Source: an uncultured Bacillota bacterium (GTDB lineage: Bacteria > Bacillota > DTU025 > MWDF01). From it: a DNA stretch of 64,000 nt. The notes beneath the pieces are model-generated. The model did not search any database and was not told the origin of the DNA. It was given only the letters and a program-made list of their open reading frames with translations. The stretch is taken from the NCBI GenBank assembly GCA_963823655.1, contig CAWGMK010000006.1:64001-128000 (forward strand), read 5' to 3'. Shown here piece by piece: positions 59,855-64,000 of the stretch. How positions within the stretch are numbered: position 1 is the stretch's first letter; each line of letters begins with the position of its first letter. The translations under genes and the position numbers were made by a program.

Positions 59855-62800
59855 ATGAGGCGCTTGCTTCCGCTTACTATCGTTATTGCCCTGCTGTTAA
59901 CAATTCCCAACGCCGCTTCGGCCAAGCTCACGCTAACAGGCGAGAGCATATGGAGGCTCGGCTACGGAAGCAGGTATTATTCCACATACGGCTGGAAGCT
60001 CGGGCTTGGCGGTTTCCTTGCCTCTCAGGAGATCAGGCTGGATGTTACCGGCGAGATCATCGACGGCCTGTTCCTGGAAGCCCATATCGACAACACCAAA
60101 GGGGATCTATTCCAGCAGCTGGTCGTAAGCCTGGACTGGAGAGGGCTATGGGCAAAAGGCGGCAATATCGTATATGAGCCTGCCAACGCGCTGCTTAGCA
60201 GGCCGAAAACTGCGATCATGGGCATTTCGGCAGGTTTTAAAGGCGAGAAGTTCGCGGCCTTCGCAATCGGCGGCATATCGTCCGGCAGCAAAGGCAGCAA
60301 AGTCTTCAAAGGCGCAACGGCGCAGGAGTCCATAGAATATGTGTCGGGCGGCCCGTACCTGCCTTCCAGGGGCAAATCCGGCCTTCAGGGTGCGCTAGAA
60401 GGCTTATGGCAGTCGGCGACCGGCGCCGAGTTCGACCCCGCCTTCGACAAAGGAGGAGCCCTCTTTGCAGAAAGCTCCTCGTACGGTGAGCTTTCGGACT
60501 TCCTCGGAGCAAATTCGCTGGGATTCCTGGTCAATGGGGCGGCGAACCCGGACGGGACGCTAACTGCCGGGGAATTTGTAAACGGCGCCGGCGTCGACGG
60601 CTTGTCGGGTGTAAGCGGAGCATATATCGTCCTGAAGGAGCTGCCCCAGGCAATCATAAGGGGTATGCTTGTTGATCTAATAAGGCAATACAACGAGAAT
60701 TTAGGGCTTTCCGGGGGCGCGGCAGCCAAGTATCCGTACATCGCAGGAAGCCAGACCGATACCGAGTTCCTTTCCAGCCTGCTTGAAGGCTGGGTAAGCT
60801 TTGCGACCGCTTCCAAGGCAACAGGGGAAGTCATCGCATCGGCCCCATTCACGGCCTTTTCCAGGGGGCTCATCTATCCGCTCGGGTTCACAGACGTGCT
60901 TGCGGACACTCTCACGGTGACTGCGGTAGCTCTGACAGGCACGCAGATACCCCTTATCGCGGTCCCGGGCGCCAACTGGGTCTGCTATGAGGACAGGGGC
61001 TATATCGAAATGGTCCTTCCGGTTGATTTCACCGCCACCTACTCATATATCAGGGCAGCCTTCAGCTACAGGCTGGCACAGGGGCTCTATTTCCTGGGCG
61101 GCGGCATAATCAGGGGAAGCCTGTCTGTAAGGCTCGACGGCAAGCTTCTATATGCGGGGACCGATTACGAGATAGATTACGAGACCGGCATACTTATGCT
61201 CATGGTAACTGCTTCAGACGGGGCAGAGGGGCTGCTGGAGGTTGAATACGAGTTCGCAAAGCCGGGGTCGAAGGCATGGATTGCGGCCGTCGGCGCCTCA
61301 TATTCGCCGGCTAATGATCTGAAGATATCTTTAGAGTACAGCTACGGCTCGGATGCACCATACCTTGCCGAGGACGAGACGACGGTCTCCAGGGAAAGAA
61401 GCTATGAGCATCTGATTGCCGCCTGGGCGGATTGGCGCCTGGCAGATGGGCTGAAACTGTCCGCAGGCGCGTCATTTAGCGCTTCGGTTTTCCCGGGCGA
61501 CTCGTCGCTGAGGGATAACGACTACAACAGGATAAGGTATATCGAAGCACTCGAGGACAACGCAGGGGGCATATGGTGGGCGTTCGCCCATTCGGCAGGT
61601 GTTAGGGTCCTCTCCCCGTACGGTGGAGGATGGTCCGATCTGAGGATGCCCGGCTCATTTGCAGGGGTCCCGGTAAACGGCGCATCACACGACTCGGGCA
61701 TATGGTATTTCGCGACTGACGCGGGGCTTGCCATGCTAGATGCCGACTATATCGGATACGGCGAGGGCTTTGCCGATGTGGTATCGCTTTGGAAGACGGC
61801 AGGGACCAAGGACGGCCTTCCCAGCCGCCTGATTTCGTCAGTCTCAATTAGCATGGGCTCGCTTTTTGCGGGGACTCCGGTAGGACTAGTCGAAGGCCAG
61901 CTGGACCTTGAAGGTCCCTGGACGCTTCACAGGGGCTCAGAGCATCCTGAACTTGGAGACGGCGTTATCTCAGGGCTTGCTCCAATTGCCTCCGGATTGC
62001 TTATCTCCTGCGGTGATTCGATTGCCTATTACGACGGGCTTGTCTTCCAGCAGATATTAGCCGAAGGGGCTCAATCTTTGAAATCGGCCCAGCTGGATAG
62101 CGGCTTGTCGGCGGTCGCTGCCACAGAGAACGGCGCAATTGTAATCGGACCGGCACTCGAAATTGAAAGGATCGGCTCAGGCAGGCATCTCACATCGGCG
62201 GCCGGCTCGGGCGTCTTCGTATTCTATACCTCTGAAGACGGGCTCTTCGCCTATGATCTGGACGGCGAAATAGAAGTCGCGCTGCATTCGGGCTCGGCGA
62301 TGGAGGCCGTCGGCACTGACGGCATCGATATATACGCGGGCGGCATGGCTGACGAGCTTTACGCCATAACTCTGCTCAGGCTCGACTACCCGGCAGGCGA
62401 GATACAGGAGATCGGGCAGCTCGAACACGGCATAAACGGCAGGGACAGGGCCCATTACCTAATAAAGGACCCGTCTGAGAACACTGCAATCGGCGCCGGC
62501 GGCTACATCTCACTTGGATACGATTCCTCGGCATTCGACGCTGAGGCTGTCCTTAAGGCCAGGGGGGCGGGAAGCCTGGCCGGCATGGGGCCGGGTAAGG
62601 CGGATTCTGCTTCTGCGTCCTTGAAGCTCGTATGGAAGCCGACGGGGACCCTTTCGGTCAATTTCCTGGAAATCTTGGAATTGAATAAGCTCTTCAGTTA
62701 CGTCAAAACAGAGGAGCCGATGGTGCTTTCCAACACAGTGCAAGCTGGCCTTGGCTGGAACGGGCCCGTCACGCTTAACCTGCTTACCAGCTATATAGTG

Positions 62801-63883
62801 AGCAAGGGCTTCGGAGAATTCGCCCTGCCATTGAACCAGACTGTGAGCGGCAGCGCCAATCTGCAGTACAGTATAGGCCCGTTGAGGCTTGCCGGCTCAC
62901 TAAGCGCCTCATACAGGCTTGCCGAAGGTTTCGATCCCTATGCCTCGGCAGGGGCGACGGCTGCGCTCTATTTGCAGGCAGGAAAGAATACGTCGATTAG
63001 CCTAAGCTATGGTGAACCCAAACCGTTCGGATCCCTGCTTGCGCCGTCCGGCAATTACAGGTCGCTTGCAGGCAACATACGATATTCGGCATACATGACC
63101 TACGGCAGCCTTACGGCATCTGCCAGGGGAAGCTACAAGTGGGACGTCAGGAACGTCGCGGATACCGCGGATTTAAGCGCAAGCCTCATCTATGCTGCAA
63201 GGCAGATAAAGCTGTTCGGCGCAAGCTTCATTCCCAGGACCGAGCTGACCCTCTCCTACCTGATGCCATTGGGGGCGGACAGCAGGATATCGGCCTTTAC
63301 GAAGCTGTCGGCAGGTACTAGCATCGGAATCTTCGGCATGGACGCAAGCTATTGGCACAAACTGACCTATATGATCGAATCCGGAAGGCTGACCAACGCA
63401 GGCGAGGCGTCGATTACGGGCTATCTCAGCAAGGCCGGCTGGAAGCTCAGGCCCTCATTGCAGCTGGGGGCGGCTTATACTCTGGAAACTCCGAACATGG
63501 GGGAGACGGCGGGTACTTGGAAGGCAAGCGCGAAGTTTTCCCTGTCCAGCGCGGGCACCGTTCCCAACCTGGCGTCGGCGAGCTACGCATACAGCAGCTT
63601 AAAAGGCGGCAGGCACGATATCGGCCTGTCCGATTCATTTAGTTTCAGCATGCTGGAGGGAAGGCTCGGCTTCGGCGCTGGGGTAAACGCCAATATGGGG
63701 CTTCTGCCACTTAGCCTCGCCTCATCCTCATACAAGGCGGCAATTAACGCCAGCATAAGCTACAAGTTCGACAAGAGCTGGTCGGGAAGCCTGCTGGGCG
63801 AAGTCGGGCTGGGTTCATCTGCCCTTTATGATGATCCTAAGCTGCTGTACGGCTTTGAGTTGAAAATTACACTGAAGTTCTAG
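59855..63883 (+). CDS. SprA-like large outer-membrane beta-barrel with inserted beta-propeller
   Basis: Signal peptide; SprA-like segments SQEIRLDVTGEI..LEAHID, GNIVYEPANALLS..IMGISAGF and GSLSVRLDGKLLYAGTDYEIDYETGILML; propeller blades WYFATDAGL and DGLPSRLISSV..LFAGTPVGL; long amphipathic strand series ending LKITLKF. Confidence 0.65.
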   Translation: MRRLLPLTIVIALLLTIPNAASAKLTLTGESIWRLGYGSRYYSTYGWKLGLGGFLASQEIRLDVTGEIIDGLFLEAHIDNTKGDLFQQLVVSLDWRGLWAKGGNIVYEPANALLSRPKTAIMGISAGFKGEKFAAFAIGGISSGSKGSKVFKGATAQESIEYVSGGPYLPSRGKSGLQGALEGLWQSATGAEFDPAFDKGGALFAESSSYGELSDFLGANSLGFLVNGAANPDGTLTAGEFVNGAGVDGLSGVSGAYIVLKELPQAIIRGMLVDLIRQYNENLGLSGGAAAKYPYIAGSQTDTEFLSSLLEGWVSFATASKATGEVIASAPFTAFSRGLIYPLGFTDVLADTLTVTAVALTGTQIPLIAVPGANWVCYEDRGYIEMVLPVDFTATYSYIRAAFSYRLAQGLYFLGGGIIRGSLSVRLDGKLLYAGTDYEIDYETGILMLMVTASDGAEGLLEVEYEFAKPGSKAWIAAVGASYSPANDLKISLEYSYGSDAPYLAEDETTVSRERSYEHLIAAWADWRLADGLKLSAGASFSASVFPGDSSLRDNDYNRIRYIEALEDNAGGIWWAFAHSAGVRVLSPYGGGWSDLRMPGSFAGVPVNGASHDSGIWYFATDAGLAMLDADYIGYGEGFADVVSLWKTAGTKDGLPSRLISSVSISMGSLFAGTPVGLVEGQLDLEGPWTLHRGSEHPELGDGVISGLAPIASGLLISCGDSIAYYDGLVFQQILAEGAQSLKSAQLDSGLSAVAATENGAIVIGPALEIERIGSGRHLTSAAGSGVFVFYTSEDGLFAYDLDGEIEVALHSGSAMEAVGTDGIDIYAGGMADELYAITLLRLDYPAGEIQEIGQLEHGINGRDRAHYLIKDPSENTAIGAGGYISLGYDSSAFDAEAVLKARGAGSLAGMGPGKADSASASLKLVWKPTGTLSVNFLEILELNKLFSYVKTEEPMVLSNTVQAGLGWNGPVTLNLLTSYIVSKGFGEFALPLNQTVSGSANLQYSIGPLRLAGSLSASYRLAEGFDPYASAGATAALYLQAGKNTSISLSYGEPKPFGSLLAPSGNYRSLAGNIRYSAYMTYGSLTASARGSYKWDVRNVADTADLSASLIYAARQIKLFGASFIPRTELTLSYLMPLGADSRISAFTKLSAGTSIGIFGMDASYWHKLTYMIESGRLTNAGEASITGYLSKAGWKLRPSLQLGAAYTLETPNMGETAGTWKASAKFSLSSAGTVPNLASASYAYSSLKGGRHDIGLSDSFSFSMLEGRLGFGAGVNANMGLLPLSLASSSYKAAINASISYKFDKSWSGSLLGEVGLGSSALYDDPKLLYGFELKITLKF

Positions 63884-63890
63884 CTGAGGG

Positions 63891-63916
63891 CAAGGCGGGC
63901 AGTAGCGCCCGCCTTG
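63891..63916 (+). terminator. Terminator-like hairpin
   Basis: CAAGGCGGGC-AGTAGC-GCCCGCCTTG. Confidence 0.6.
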
Positions 63917-63945
63917 ATATTGGCATATAATCTTATTGCTTCCGC

Positions 63946-64000
63946 GCGCCTATAGCTCAGTGGATAGAGCATCGGCCTCCGGAGCCGGGAGCGCAGGTTC
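63946..64000 (+). tRNA. tRNA-Arg (CCG), truncated by the window edge
   Basis: GCGCCTA-TA-GCTCAGTGGATAGAGC D-arm; TCGGC-CT-CCG-GA-GCCGG anticodon arm (CCG at 63979-63981); GGTTC T-loop start. Confidence 0.92.

Noticed and set aside
1-64000. CRISPR arrays, transposases, prophage, retron or DGR elements
   Set aside because: No spaced repeats and no transposase, integrase, reverse transcriptase or phage genes seen by eye.

Overview
Gene-dense chromosomal window from an anaerobic bacterium. Many markers look Bacillota-like: DarA c-di-AMP receptor, YtxH/DUF948, DegV, GerMN, DUF1836, and recurring sigmaH-like AGGA-N17/18-GAA promoters. It also encodes several outer-membrane beta-barrels, so a diderm Firmicute-like lineage is inferred. 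Contents from left to right: tandem-TetR regulator; atypical FabH, FabG and a Liv-type ABC system whose LivM is fused to an alpha/beta-hydrolase; GNAT; 5'-nucleotidase; a large subtilase ending in a T9SS-type C-terminal sorting domain; a PorV-like barrel and two more barrels; tryptophanase; a repeat lipoprotein; ferredoxin-AOR-MoaD; Ski2-like helicase; CYTH-like protein, Ppx and TctCBA; tRNA-Sec and selD (Sec-containing)-selA-selB; cobalamin riboswitch with btuFCD; threonine dehydratase; cobO; htrA; thyX; MFS; darA; a Rex-box-preceded sensory plus bifurcating [FeFe]-hydrogenase cluster; SPOR-SpoIID, GerMN, DegV; a 1342-aa SprA-like barrel; tRNA-Arg(CCG). The main candidate novelty is a divergent type IX secretion-like system (SprA-like translocon, PorV-like shuttle, CTD-tagged cargo) outside the Bacteroidota/FCB group. 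Many single-base frameshifts, including in thyX, selB and fabG, most likely reflect long-read assembly errors. All calls come from reading motifs by eye; no database searches were run.
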